Positions 52,546-64,000 of a stretch of 64,000 nt of DNA are shown here, piece by piece. Position 1 is the first letter of the stretch, and every line of letters begins with the position of its first letter. Position numbers and translations under genes: made by a program. The notes under the pieces were generated by a model that did not search any database, was not told where the DNA came from, and saw nothing but the letters and a program-made list of their open reading frames with translations. The DNA comes from Nitrospirales bacterium (GTDB lineage: Bacteria; Nitrospirota; Nitrospiria; Nitrospirales; UBA8639). The stretch covers positions 960,001 through 1,024,000 of the forward strand of contig CBDBCZ010000018.1 in NCBI GenBank assembly GCA_965203295.1. The letters are read 5' to 3'.

Positions 52546-54510
52546 AAAAAAAAGCAAAAAAAAACCGAAAATTAGGAAAAAAAGAGTCTGGTAGATACTA
52601 AAATGTGTGCGGCCTGACATGACATTGGGTAGAGGTTGGACAATGACGAAAAGAACACTAGGACAGACCATGATGTGTATTATCAGTCTCAGCACTGTCA
52701 GTACTCCTCCATACAGCAATACACCATAGCAACCCTCGTAGCGATGTTGTTGTGTTGTCGCCTGGAATTCTGAAGTCTTGGACTCCTCATTTTCTCTGTC
52801 AAAAAACAGTTACTATGTATATCTACACCCAAGTGTTGGCCTGTTTATGCACCTAATTGGCGCGTGTGGGCTTTAGGAACCTATGTAACCAAGCCGATCA
52901 TGTTTGATGTAATGTAGTTTAATCAAGGTTGCCTACGTTCATTCCCGTATCTATGCCACACAGTGGATAATGCTAATGGGTGTTCTTTATCAGTCTGGTC
53001 GCTGTAGCAGAAACATAAACAGACTTGTTTGAGTCTACAATGCCGGCCTCCGTTGCAGGAGTAAGAAAGTGTGTGTGGGTTTTACTTCTAAGTAAAACCC
53101 ACACACACTTTCTTACTTTATGTCCATTAGCTAAAGCTAATGGACATAAAATTAGCTGAGTGCTACCGTGGAGTTATTTGGCTACCCTCATCCCAGTCCT
53201 GGTTTATGGGTTAGCTACACTGTTCATACTGATCAATCCATAGCTATATTTTATACATCTTGTGAAAGTAGCTACATGCAATTAGGATCCTGAATGAGAG
53301 AGAATGAGCTGGGAAGTTGGGGAAGGGAGGAGATTGTGGAAGAGTAGTCAGTGGACATTTGAGGTAAAAATATTATGTCTACCAAAAATAGGTCACAAGA
53401 AACCTATAAACATACAAGTAGTTCCTAATATAGTCCAGACTACATAACTACATCATTACACAATCATGTACAATATCACTTGTTTTGTACAATTAGCCAG
53501 ACCATACACCACCAATACAAAAATTAATTAGATGTTAAAGATACGTAGCTGATTGGCTCTGTAGCCAGAGTCAGCTCTAGGCTGATCACACCCACTTGGT
53601 TTCATCATGAGATAGTGCCTTCCAGAGTCCACTCCGGCTATTAGCTTTTTCACTCTGTTGTAAAACATGTGACCAAAAGTCATTACATTCCCATTGTTGA
53701 CTGTGCAGAATGGAAAGTTAACTATCGACATCTGCATCTACCCACGCAATGTGGAATACATGTAACAACCGTCGGATATCCCACACCCGCTCGATGAGGG
53801 AATACTTCAAGAGGGAATATCAAGTGGGTAATAATTGCATTTATAGGCAATTAACTAGATATTCATTTTGACAAGCACTGGTGTACGCTGTTCAAAGTGT
53901 ACCACTGGGTGGTGCCTCTGAACTATAGCACATTGCACGTTCCCAGGCCTTCATTCCAGCTGCTGTCTTTTGCAATACGAAAAGCGGGGTGTAATGTTTT
54001 TTTACGTGATGCGAAGAAAAAAACCCGCAGAGTGGAGCCTGCCAAACAAGGCACGGTGCTGTGAAATGCAGTTTCCTTTGAACAGAATTAAGCTGCATGA
54101 TATCAGCAGAAATTTGAGGTGTTGTGATAGCAGTTGAAAGGAGAAATCCAAATTGCTGCAGCAGTCTAACTAATCTAACTAACTAAATCTAACTAGTATG
54201 AATGGGAAACTAACCTAGTTGTTATGTCAGCCATATAAGGTCATTCTGCTATTAACCATCTCTCACCAGTCAGTCATTCACTATGCAGCTATACATGTAT
54301 GGTGGGTGGAAATATACTGTGCACTATAAAACTCACTAATTGGGAAGCCTCTCTACTACGTAATGTTGTTGTCTGAATCACTCCACAATACAGATTTGGT
54401 ATTAAAAGAATCAGCAGATTGTTGCTGATACCATATCATTGCTGTGCCTATATTGGGCGCGGGGAGCAGCGGATGTGACGCTAGTCTCGTGAAAGGGGGT
54501 GTGGCTCCCC

Positions 54511-54573
54511 TAGTCTCGTGCCAAGACAGTCGCTCTTCCCCTCACTCAGAGCGTCGGTCTGGGCACGAGACTA
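54511..54573. mobile_element. 63-bp mini-MITE with 9-bp TSD TGGCTCCCC
   Basis: TIRs TAGTCTCGTGCC / GGCACGAGACTA; TSD 54502-54510 and 54574-54582. Confidence 0.8.
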
Positions 54574-54825
54574 TGGCTCCCCGTAGTACATATTGCATGA
54601 AGAGGCGCCAGTACATGTAAAGCCAAAATATCACAAAGGTACAGACCAGGATATGCCTCTGAGCATATATGCTAGCTATTATAATAGCCATGTAGCTATT
54701 TGTGACTGTAATTCTAATTTCTGGGGAAAGGATTCAGACAAAGCCAAATGGAACCAGAGTCTGAAATGTTGCAGAATTATATATCTGTACACAGCCAGAT
54801 AGTCACATAGGAAGTTACTACAGCC

Positions 54826-54982
54826 GCACACAGCCCATTCAGTCTAACTTCCCTCATAGGAAGTTTCTAGCTGTACATAGCCCCTTCAGTCTAACTTCCC
54901 TCATAAAATTCTAGCTGTACACAGCCCATTCAGTCTAACTTCCGGGAATCCCTCGTAACACAGCCCATTCAGTCTAACTTCC
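54826..54982 (+). repeat. Minisatellite, 4 copies of ACAGCCCATTCAGTCTAACTTCC
   Basis: Direct reading, ~40-48 bp period. Confidence 0.8.
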
Positions 54983-55123
54983 TGACCATATGGTGTTCCT
55001 ATACCCTGCATTCATGGTAGCTAGTGTTCACAGTAACTACCACACTCTAGCCATTGTAGCTGTACATGTAATACTTATTACCTGCATGATTGGTAATACT
55101 TACCTGCATGCTTATTTGCTATA

Positions 55124-55864
55124 CAGTGGAACCTCCGAGAAGAGGACGCTTTGGGGAAATGGCTTTTGTCCCTTGTAGAGAAGTTGTCCCTATCTCGGAG
55201 GTTCGTCTTTTTTTCATTACACCACCCTATAATACAGGTTGTTTTTTTTTAAATTAATTTTTATCCTTTAAATTATATATAATGAGTTATGACAGTCATG
55301 CAGTGTTCAGCTATGAAAGTAATCATGTAGAGTGGTCTGAAGTGATGATTTTTATAATTTAGTTTCAAGAGTCATGATGTATTGACATAGACAATATAGC
55401 CTAACCTATTATTAGTTAGGCTATATTATTTATGGTCAACTGAGGAGGAGAGCACTGGCTAGTCTAATGTAGCAGTTTATAGCTACAGTTTTAACTTACA
55501 GGATTACTAACCTTCGCAATAAAGCGCGCTCGAAATGCTCATTGGAGTCCATCAAGTTCCATCGCTACGATGACGTCGCACTTTAGCGGGCGTCACAGTA
55601 CGATAACGTGACGTAACCTGGCTCGCGAGACTAACGTAGACCTGAAAATTAATCGGGGGGTGTGGCCAAGTGTCCGCTACTTGGAAAGATGCCAGTCTGG
55701 ACTTTGCTAGTGTCCGTTGTCCGGGGCAGAGAGGCGGAGAGGCGGTCGCTTCTCGGAGGTTACTTTTACATTAAACGCATGCTAAAATCAATCGGTGCTT
55801 TTGTGTTTGTCCGCTCGAGGGAGGTTCTCCGCTTCTGGGAGGCTCGTTAAGAGAGGCTCCACTA
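55124..55864. mobile_element. Tc1/mariner (pogo/Tigger-like) MITE
   Basis: TA|CAGTGGAACCTC ... GAGGCTCCACTA|TA, imperfect TIRs with TA flanks. Confidence 0.6.
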
Positions 55865-56164
55865 TATACTAAATAACCATTCCTACCATTATAACAGGTT
55901 ATACATGTACTTTAAGTAACTTTATAAAATTCTTGTGGTCCCTATATTGAGCCACAGTCTACTGCAAGTGTCGGATGCCAGAGTTACCTGGTGAACGAAT
56001 GATAGAGTGTTCTATGTGTAAGGACTGGTACCCGCATAGACACTTGTGTGGGTGGTCCACCACTTCCTAGCCATCTTGACAGCAGTTTATCCTGGTTTTG
56101 TAACAAGTGTTTGTAAACTGCCCACATGTTGTTTATTTGTATTAAAAAGGACATCAGATTCTAT

Positions 56165-56380
56165 GAGGGGGGTCCATATTTTCCAAAGAAAAAGTTTTGG
56201 GGGGTCAGTATGCTTTAGAAAAATAGTTTGGGCACATGACTTTGAAGGGGTCCAAATTTTTCAGAGGGGGTCCAAATTTACATGTAGCAGTAAAATAAGT
56301 TCCGGGGGGTCCATATTTTTGGAAAAATTAGTTCCGGGGGGAACCAATTTTGGGGGGTCCATTTTTACTGTGACAGGCCT
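56165..56380. repeat. Repeat with multiple GGGGGTCCA(T/A)ATTT units (probable MITE remnant)
   Basis: About six copies of the motif. Confidence 0.5.
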
Positions 56381-56636
56381 CAAATGAGCACTTCGAGTGC
56401 ACTCTATTGCGCAAAGGATAGTGGCTGTATAGTCCTGTAGTGCAAACCATGCACAGCTGTAACTGCTACGCTAGACAAACTACGACGATGTGCATTAAAT
56501 AGAGTCATTGCCATTCGTCTACATGCAACCTGGGGCTGTGAAGAGCTACTGCCTCCACATGGCTCAGGCAGGAAACTGAATCTGTCGCCTACACAATGGT
56601 CTACTGCCACTGGTATACAAAGTGCTTTGGCTACTA

Positions 56637-57533
56637 AACAAGTCTGACGTGAGTCATGTCTAAACAAGTCTGACATTTTATGTCTAAAAAACCAGCCGGA
56701 CGCCTTTCCCGTACAATACACACAACTCAGCTTAGGCCAAGCTATTAAACTACAGCTGTAGGGCCGGAGATACTATATTCTTAGAGCGGTACAGCGAAAG
56801 TGCTGACTCAGCAGTTCGTCATGCGCCTCCAGTTAGTAGCTATATGCCAAGAAACCAGGATCTTTACGGATACCTACCACGTTTTCGCCATCTAGGCAAC
56901 GTACAAGTACCTTCATTTGCTGTAGCCTGGCCTGCAAACCTCCAAAAGCAGCTATGCGCGGCAGTTGCATAGTAACGTATGACGTAATATATTGCGCACG
57001 TGATAAGTGCGGTGCGCGGTGTGCGCGCTCCGGCTGGTAAAAACCAGCCGGGCACCTTTCCCGTACATTACAATAAGTTACACACAACTCAGCTTAGGCC
57101 AAGCTGGCTACAGCTGTAGAACTACGAATTTTAGTAACTATATTACAGTATAGTCATGTTCCCAGACCTAAAAATCATATATAGGCATCCTCCTGTAGAG
57201 ACAACGCAGTACAGCGAAAGAGCTGACTCAGCAGTTTCGCCGTGCGCTTCTAGTTAGCAGCTATACGTCACCAAAACAGGATCTTTACGGCTGCCTACTA
57301 AGTTTTCGCCATTTAGGCAACTCACAACTACCTTCGTTTGCTGTAGCTTGGCCTGCAAATCTCCAAAAGCTGCTATATACTGCAGTTGCATAGTAACGTA
57401 TGACGTATCATATTGCGCACGTGATAAGTGCGGACGCACAAACAGACAGACAAACAAACAAACAGACACGGAAAAAGTAAAACAATCTTAGGACCAGCCG
57501 TTCGCGCGCTTGCGCGCGCTCCGGCTGGTAAAA
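56637..57533 (-). mobile_element. Tandem pair of HINEs, same family as 38000-38378
   Basis: AAAAACCAGCCGG...CCGGCTGGTAAAAA units joined near 57040; AC(A/A)GACAAAC microsatellite near 57440; duplicated terminal motif at 56637-56690. Confidence 0.72.
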
Positions 57534-57773
57534 ACTGCCATTGGAAGATGCAAAGTGTTTCATACAAATCATATAGACTATCTGTATAGAGCGAGCAAAG
57601 CGAGCAAGTCAGTTGAACAAGCACAACTCAAAATAGCTTTAAAATGGAATGGAGAACAAGTCATTCTCATCAAAATGGACAACAACCATGCAGTTTGATA
57701 ATAATATGTACGCACAGACGCAATCATAAGATAGATATCACACTGAGATACAGATTAACACATTTAATTTCTA

Positions 57774-58284
57774 CCGTATAGCGCTTAAATTTCGCGGGTC
57801 TTTAATTTCACAAATTTCGCGAATTTGGAACGATACGCAAAATTATTTTAACGAAAATTTTTACACTTCCGCTAATGCATTAGATAGTAGAGTGCATGTA
57901 CATGTACGCTCTGGCAACTTGGACCCCGGATACTGCCCATCCACGCTATTGAAATACAGAAAGCATAGACAGGTCCGCGATTTCTGCGGCAAACAGCGCG
58001 AAGGTGCTATCTGCCAGCGCGAAGGTAAGGGGAGCGTGCCTGAAAATGAGCGCGAAGAAGGCCGAAATTGGAAAGCAAGCGTGCAGTGCTAGCGACCATT
58101 CGCTACTAAAGCCTTGACTAAAGCTTCCTGTAAATCTGTGCGCATAGTATAACTCAGGCACGCTCCGCCCATAAATTCATTAATACGTGGGTACGGCGAA
58201 CGAATTCGAGAAATTATTTCAACGAAACGTTCGAAAACGACTATTCGCGAATTTTTAGACCCGCCAAATTTAAGCGCTATACGG
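57774..58284. mobile_element. Tc1/mariner-type MITE with TA TSD
   Basis: TA|CCGTATAGCGCTTAAATTT ... AAATTTAAGCGCTATACGG|TA. Confidence 0.8.
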
Positions 58285-58507
58285 TATTCATACAGAGCGA
58301 GCGCAGCGAGTTCAACTAACAAGCGCAAGTACTTGCAGTTATTATGTACATAAAGACAGCAGTATCGAGCAAGGAACAGTCTACGACTAGCAATGTTTGC
58401 AGCTAACACTAGTGCATGTACAAGATACACAATCTACTGTGGAATAAGTGTTGACAAACTAATCTTACGTATTGTTTATGTAGCTGACAGTAATGTTGTC
58501 TACTCAG

Positions 58508-58829
58508 TTATGGATTCCCTTCGGGTTTCACCTCCTCATAATCTGTTTCCCGTTTGTCACTATCACCAACGCATTCATTGGGATTGGCCATTTCGCGCGA
58601 GCATGTGGCTGCTTCACTGAGCTGATTAACAGTGGCTTGCGGTTCCTCAGGAATGACATCATACACATTTTCTTGCAACACAACTTCTTCAGCATGTTGG
58701 TGAATAGCAATGGGTGGATTTGGTAGATTCCCACGAGGAAGAAAACGAGGGACTGTCGAATATGCTATATTGTCCTTTGCCTTAACGTCAGGATCTTCTG
58801 ATTTGGCTATCTCGTGCAATTGGATTGAC
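58508..58829 (-). CDS. Cytoplasmic tail exon with IAYSTV, NVYDVI and TDYEEV motifs
   Basis: Phase-2 acceptor ctcag|G TCA ATC fits the phase-2 donor of the TM exon; open to TAA at 58508-58510. Confidence 0.82.
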
Positions 58830-61800
58830 CTGAGTGAAGGTATAGAAGACAAGCGTAAACAAGCTAGCTATTGTATGTACACACTGTAGCTACTGCTGTA
58901 CATATTAAGGCAGATACTTGCACAACATGTAATGATTAGAATAATATGACAAGCCATTTGATGTTTACCTGACCTGCATGCAGTATATCATTATTTCCAA
59001 CTTACTCATGTTTTCGTACAGATAACACATCTCGTCTATTTCGATATCTCAACACAAGGGCAACAATTGCGATGACTCCAATAATTATTAGCAGTACTGC
59101 TACCACCGCCACAACTCCACCAATAATGGCAATTACGTTGTCCGACGAAGTTGTAGCTGTTGAGAACAAAGTTAAAACCTGTCAGTGCTTAATCTTATAG
59201 GCCAGCCCACTTCCGCTAAGATGCAAATGGTCTGGGGATTTGCCAAACTAGTATTCCTCCTACTGCCCTCTGGAGTGCGGTCCAATCACCGTGCAGTATT
59301 TAGTCACATGATGAAGAAGTATGCAATTAACAAAAGGATTACGTAAGCATTCTGGAAAACATCACTGCATGGCATGCAGCACTCTTCTGTCACCCTTCGA
59401 GGTCTTGCAACCATATCCGAGGCTGTAAACAATCCTACTATCGCAATGTTTGCACTTGGATGAGTATGCTAACATGGTTTATTGCTACAGTTGCATGACT
59501 AATTGCATTCCTGAGTGAGCAATGGCAGTATGGCAAGTCCCCAGGCCAATTTCCGTCTTTGCGGAACGAGATCTGAATCCCAAGACTAGTCTGTGTTATA
59601 CGCTGTGTGTGTGTACAAAGACATGCATCACGCTCACCTTGACCTTGTGTGATGATCGTCTCACTAAACTCTCCTTCCTGATCTCGACCATTAACAGCAA
59701 CTACCATCACAGAGTAGCTGGAGGAAGGATCCAGTCCGATGATTAACACACTACTCTCAGAGCCAGGTACGTTACACGGTGACTGGAAACAGGTTGTTAT
59801 GCTCTGTCTCTTGCGATTGCTGCTCCCAGGGCTGTAAAATATACGGTAGAACTGAACCAACGATCTTGCTTCCTCAAGTGTGAGAGGGATCCAGCTAACT
59901 GTCATTTGTGTTCCACTACTTCGGTCTATTGTGACACCCCTGGGAGCTGAAGGAACTGCTCAATAGAAAGCATAGAATAAACTTATACCCACTCTTTTTC
60001 AAACCATTTGTAGAGACTTACTCAACTCTTGAGTAAAGTTGGTGATTGTGGTATGTTCTCCATCACCCGCTATATTCGTGGCAAAAATGGTAAATCTATA
60101 AGGAACACCAGCTTCTGCAAGGAACAAGGGTGAGGTATCAATACAGAAATATAACTCATAGTAGCTTAAAAGACTAACCAAGTTCTTCACTGTTAAATTC
60201 AAGCATGAATGTAGAGTTGTCCACAGATTGTGAATCAAGTAGTCTTCCGCCAATGTAGTTTACCAGAACAAGATGATACTCCAAAACGATGCCGTTTGGC
60301 CTCAAAGGGGCACTCCATGAAACCTTCACTCTGGAATCTGATTGTGGATCCCAGACGACATTGGAAACAGGACCTGGATCTGTTTACAATGAAAAATCAA
60401 TAGCTAACTATCGACTAGCGTGCCTATACATTATGTAAACATGGCAAATACATAATACAAAGCTTCAGGCACACATTAATGCATTGTGGCTATAAAATTA
60501 AAGGTAGCTACAGTGCCTTTGCTTTCTTTTTACAACCCAGGAATGCACTTTGAATATGGCTTGCACTCAAATAGCATTGAAGTTACCATATCAACTTACA
60601 ATCATCATCAATGATAACAGCAGTAGCATTGTTAACTCCAAGCACCACCCCGAAGGAGCCAGCAGGCAGTGTCAAAACTGCACCAAACTCCTCCTCACCT
60701 TCAGCAATGTTGTTATCTTTAATATCTATTAAAACCGGTATACTTTCCTCTCCCACTGAGGGAGGAATCTCAACACGAAGATTAAATATCACTGTATAGT
60801 CAACACCACCTAAGGACAGGAGAGAAATCCGTAATTGGTCAGACTACTTATTAGTTACTACCTATTGATCAGATATACATTTTAGGAACTTACTTGTAGC
60901 TACATTTGCGACTGAGAGTTGATGAGTGCTGAATAGTACCACAACAGCCTTAGAGGTAGGAGTTCTTCTCACTACCTCAAACTGTACTGCTTCATCTGCT
61001 TCATTAATAGTATATATGACAGGGTGAAACTCTACAATGACCACTGGAATAAGAACAACAAAGAATCACAGTAATAGAATGCACGGTGTTGACTAGCTCT
61101 TATGAAATTGTTACGGACAGCTTCCAAATTATACACAATGCATAATATCCACTATCAAGATTCTGAAATCACAACTTTACCTATAAGTAGTAACTAGGTA
61201 TTATGTCCATTTCCAGGAATATTTATGCCCTCATCGCAAGAAAAGTAGATATGTTGTTAGCAAGGAGCATATTTTATATGGTATTCTCTTCATTGCTACA
61301 TTGAATTTTCAAAGTACACAAAAGTTCCAAAAGTATGTTGTACCCACGACAAAGCTCAATTACTGTGTTATTTTTGTTCTGTAATGTACAACTTGCAAAG
61401 TTCCCTTGCAGTGGAAGAGCTGTTTAAACATCCTCATCTGTAGATAACTAAATTCATAGCTTTACAGCTATACTTACTGTCATTATCAATGATGGTGACA
61501 GTAGATGGTGGACCTGGTACCACAACGGGGTCATCCACTGTGATCTCTACGATAAACTGTTCATCTCCCTCCATCACAAGAAAGTCATCAGTGATGTCTA
61601 TATCAGTGCACACTACCATCTCATTGGCCGGAAAATTCAGTGTCACAGATCCAGAAGTGAAGTCATCATTAGCTATAGCAGATAAGTTATAAGGTTGAAT
61701 GAATAGGTAAAGAAACCACAAAAGAATATGAGAGCACCCTTGCAGAGTGCAGCAAATGATACTGTAGGTTCTAATTTACCTTCTGCTTCTGTTGGAATTG

Positions 61801-63999
61801 TTTCAGAAGAAGTGAAGGTCACCATGAAATCTCTAAGTGTTTGTCCAGTCTTCACTACACACACTGTTACAAAGCCTTCGTCCTCATCAACCACATAGTT
61901 GGTACTGTTGAAGTTTAAGCCCAACTCTGAATATTTATGTGTGAATTAATATGTATGTGTGCGTGTGCATTAAATTTTGTACTGTTTAAAGTTTAACTCT
62001 AAACAGAATGCATGTATACATACGTATATACATGTATGTATACGTATATACATGTATGTATGAGTGTGAGTGTGAATATGAAAACGAGTACTAGTGAGAC
62101 AATGCATGCATACATATTGGTAAAATACAGAGGAAAGCATATGCCGAAAACTTACAAAGCATAGTGACCCTGGCAGTGGACTACATTTATTAGCTTACTC
62201 CTGAAACTCACTATCATCATCATCAACAATAAAAATCTGAGCATTTGCAAAGGGAGCACAGCCATAAGCAAGTGGGCCACCGAGAGTGACAATTAACCTT
62301 GACTCTTCTAGTGACAGTATAACTTAAACCTCTCCTGCTTCAGGTTCATTGTCATTTATATGACTTTAATACAACTGCTAAATTTTGTTCATCAGATGAA
62401 ACATCCCTTGATAGTTTTTCAAGTTGTCCTCTTCATATTAATCAACAGGAGTGTATAGCTACTGGTATAGAGAAGTTCTCTACATCAGTATGTGCTCCTC
62501 ATGATCAGTCCATATGTAGAAACAAAAACAGACCAAGCTCTCTTACTGTATTGGTCTTGTAATCTAGTTTGTTGAACAAACTTTATTGTCATACGCACAT
62601 GACTCCACACTAAGGTTAAAGAAATGTGTGTTAACAGTCATTGACTGTTCTACTATGGACCTAGTTTATTGTAATTTACACAACAGGAAAGACATGCAGC
62701 CATTCCTTAAGTTATTCAGGCAGCATGCATACTCACGCCTGCAGGATGGTGGATTTGGTGAAAATACTGCAGTGTTAACATCCACTAGTGTGCATGTTGT
62801 GGTTGCACCTCTGATCAGCTCAAAGCCCGGGTCACAGGTGTAGGTAGCAGTGTCACCAACAGAGTTACCAGAGATTGTCACCATACCATTGACAATGGCA
62901 GGCGGATCAGGACACAGTGCTGCAGAGCAAGATTTATCCAGATGATTTAGTTGATGCACTGAAACAAATGCACACAGTCTCATTAACTTGACTCACGCCT
63001 GCAACCTGGTGGTGGCACTGATGGAAATGCAGCAGAGTCGTCATTTACTTGTGTGCATGTTGTCACTGGATCTCCGATCAATTCAAAGCCGGAATTACAG
63101 GTGTAGGTAGCAGTGTCACCGACGGAGTTGCCAGTGAATGTCATCATACCATTGACAATGGCAGGCGGATCAGGACACAGTGCTGTAGAGCAAGATGGAT
63201 GTAAATGATGTACATAGTAGTTCATACAGTGCCCAGTGTGCTAATTAGACAAAGTCATCTTCATAAGCGCATGACTCCACACTGAGTTAGAAGAAAAGTG
63301 ACGTTAATGTATTAACAGTCACTGGCTACTCAACCTACGTACTTATTGTGATTTGCACAACAGGGAAGGCATGCAGTCATGCCATAAAGTTATTCAGGCA
63401 GTATGCATACTCACGCCTGCAAACTGGTGGATCTGGTGTAAATTCTGCAGTGTCAACATCTACTTCTGTGCATGAGGTGGTTGTAATTCCAATCAGCTCA
63501 AAGCCCAGGTCACAGGGGTAGATGGCAGTGTCACCAATAGAGTTGCCAGTGAATGTCCTCATACCATTGACAATGGGAGGCGGATCAGGACACAGTGCTG
63601 CAGAGCAAGATGAATGTAATTAATTTACATAGTAGTTCATACAGTGCCCAGTGTGTTAGACAAAGTCATTTTTATAAGCGCATGACTCCACACTGAGTTT
63701 GAAGGAATGTGACATTCATGTATTAACAGTCAATGGCTGTTGTACTACTTATTGTAATTTGTACAACAGAAAAGGCATGTAGCCACTTCATAAAGTTATT
63801 CAGGCAGTGTACTCACGCCTGCAAACTGGTGGAACCGGTGTAAATTCTGCAGTGTTAACATCCACTTCAGTGCATGTGGTGGCTGTAACTCCAATCAGCT
63901 CAAAGCCTGAGTCACAGGTGTAGGTAGTAGTGTCACCAACAGAGTTTCCAGTGAATGTCCTCATACCATTGACAATGGCAGGTGGATCAAGACACATTA
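58508..63999 (-). CDS. Type I membrane receptor, 5'-truncated: Sushi x>=4 - Calx-beta x2 - FN3 x2 - TM - tyrosine-motif tail
   Basis: Hand-spliced exons with AG/GT borders. Sushi 63817-63999, 63415-63597, 62997-63182, 62737-62919; Calx-beta halves 61780-61926, 61478-61672, 60894-61043, 60600-60809; FN3 60179-60379 + 60022-60114 and 59638-59955; TM 59006-59156; last exon 58508-58829 with stop. Ectodomain exons are phase 1-1, lengths divisible by 3, and the frame stays open. Confidence 0.88.
59006..59156 (-). CDS. Transmembrane exon (absent from the ORF track)
   Basis: cag|CT ACA ACT... translates ATTSSDNVIAIIGGVVAVVAVLLIIIGVIAIVALVLRYRNRRDVLSVRKH: a long hydrophobic run then a basic stop-transfer; gtaagt donor. 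Confidence 0.9.
62212..62480 (-). pseudogene. Decayed Calx-beta (domain-3 type) pseudo-exon in a receptor intron
   Basis: Translates ...INDNEPEAGEV*VILSLEESRLIVTLGGPLAYGCAPFANAQIFIVDDDD|gtgagt, homologous to the ends of exons 2112-2522 and 47099-47515 but with in-frame stops. Upstream boundary approximate. Confidence 0.75.
62737..63999 (-). CDS. Four tandem Sushi/CCP exons (183-186 bp each)
   Basis: Each reads roughly ALCPDPPAIVNG..TFTGNSVGDTATYTC..GFELIG..TTTC......A.F.P.PP.CRR (4 Cys; F replaces the usual W). Flanking introns are also duplicated, e.g. ~63200-63410 vs ~63615-63810. Confidence 0.9.
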
Positions 64000-64000
64000 C

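Overview
Eukaryotic (animal) genomic DNA with short GT-AG introns; the Calx-beta expansion and repeat content suggest a sponge (inference). No rRNA, tRNA or CRISPR seen. Every coding exon I could resolve is on the minus strand. The right end holds the 3' part of a type I membrane receptor gene (58508-63999, 5'-truncated): at least 4 Sushi/CCP, 2 Calx-beta, 2 FN3, a TM helix and a tail with ITIM- and ITSM-consensus tyrosines. Downstream is a head-to-tail array of four related genes with no TM exon found: D (43096-51613), C (26757-39759), B (14499-25665) and A (76-11967, running off the window). Each has a 6-Cys TB/follistatin-N-like exon and up to 7 Calx-beta domains; B, C and D end in a cationic 4-Cys tail exon. 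All internal exons are phase 1-1. The paralogues are mosaic. Calx domain 3 is hypervariable although nearby introns are nearly identical, C has two Sushi exons like the receptor's, B lacks Calx5, and B, C and D each have lesions confined to one skippable exon. This resembles an aggregation-factor-like self/non-self recognition locus (inference). Introns hold many MITEs, Helentron-type HINEs, a LINE fragment, an interstitial telomeric array and an unusual element family with copy-specific fold-back ends. The first (signal-peptide) exons could not be resolved.
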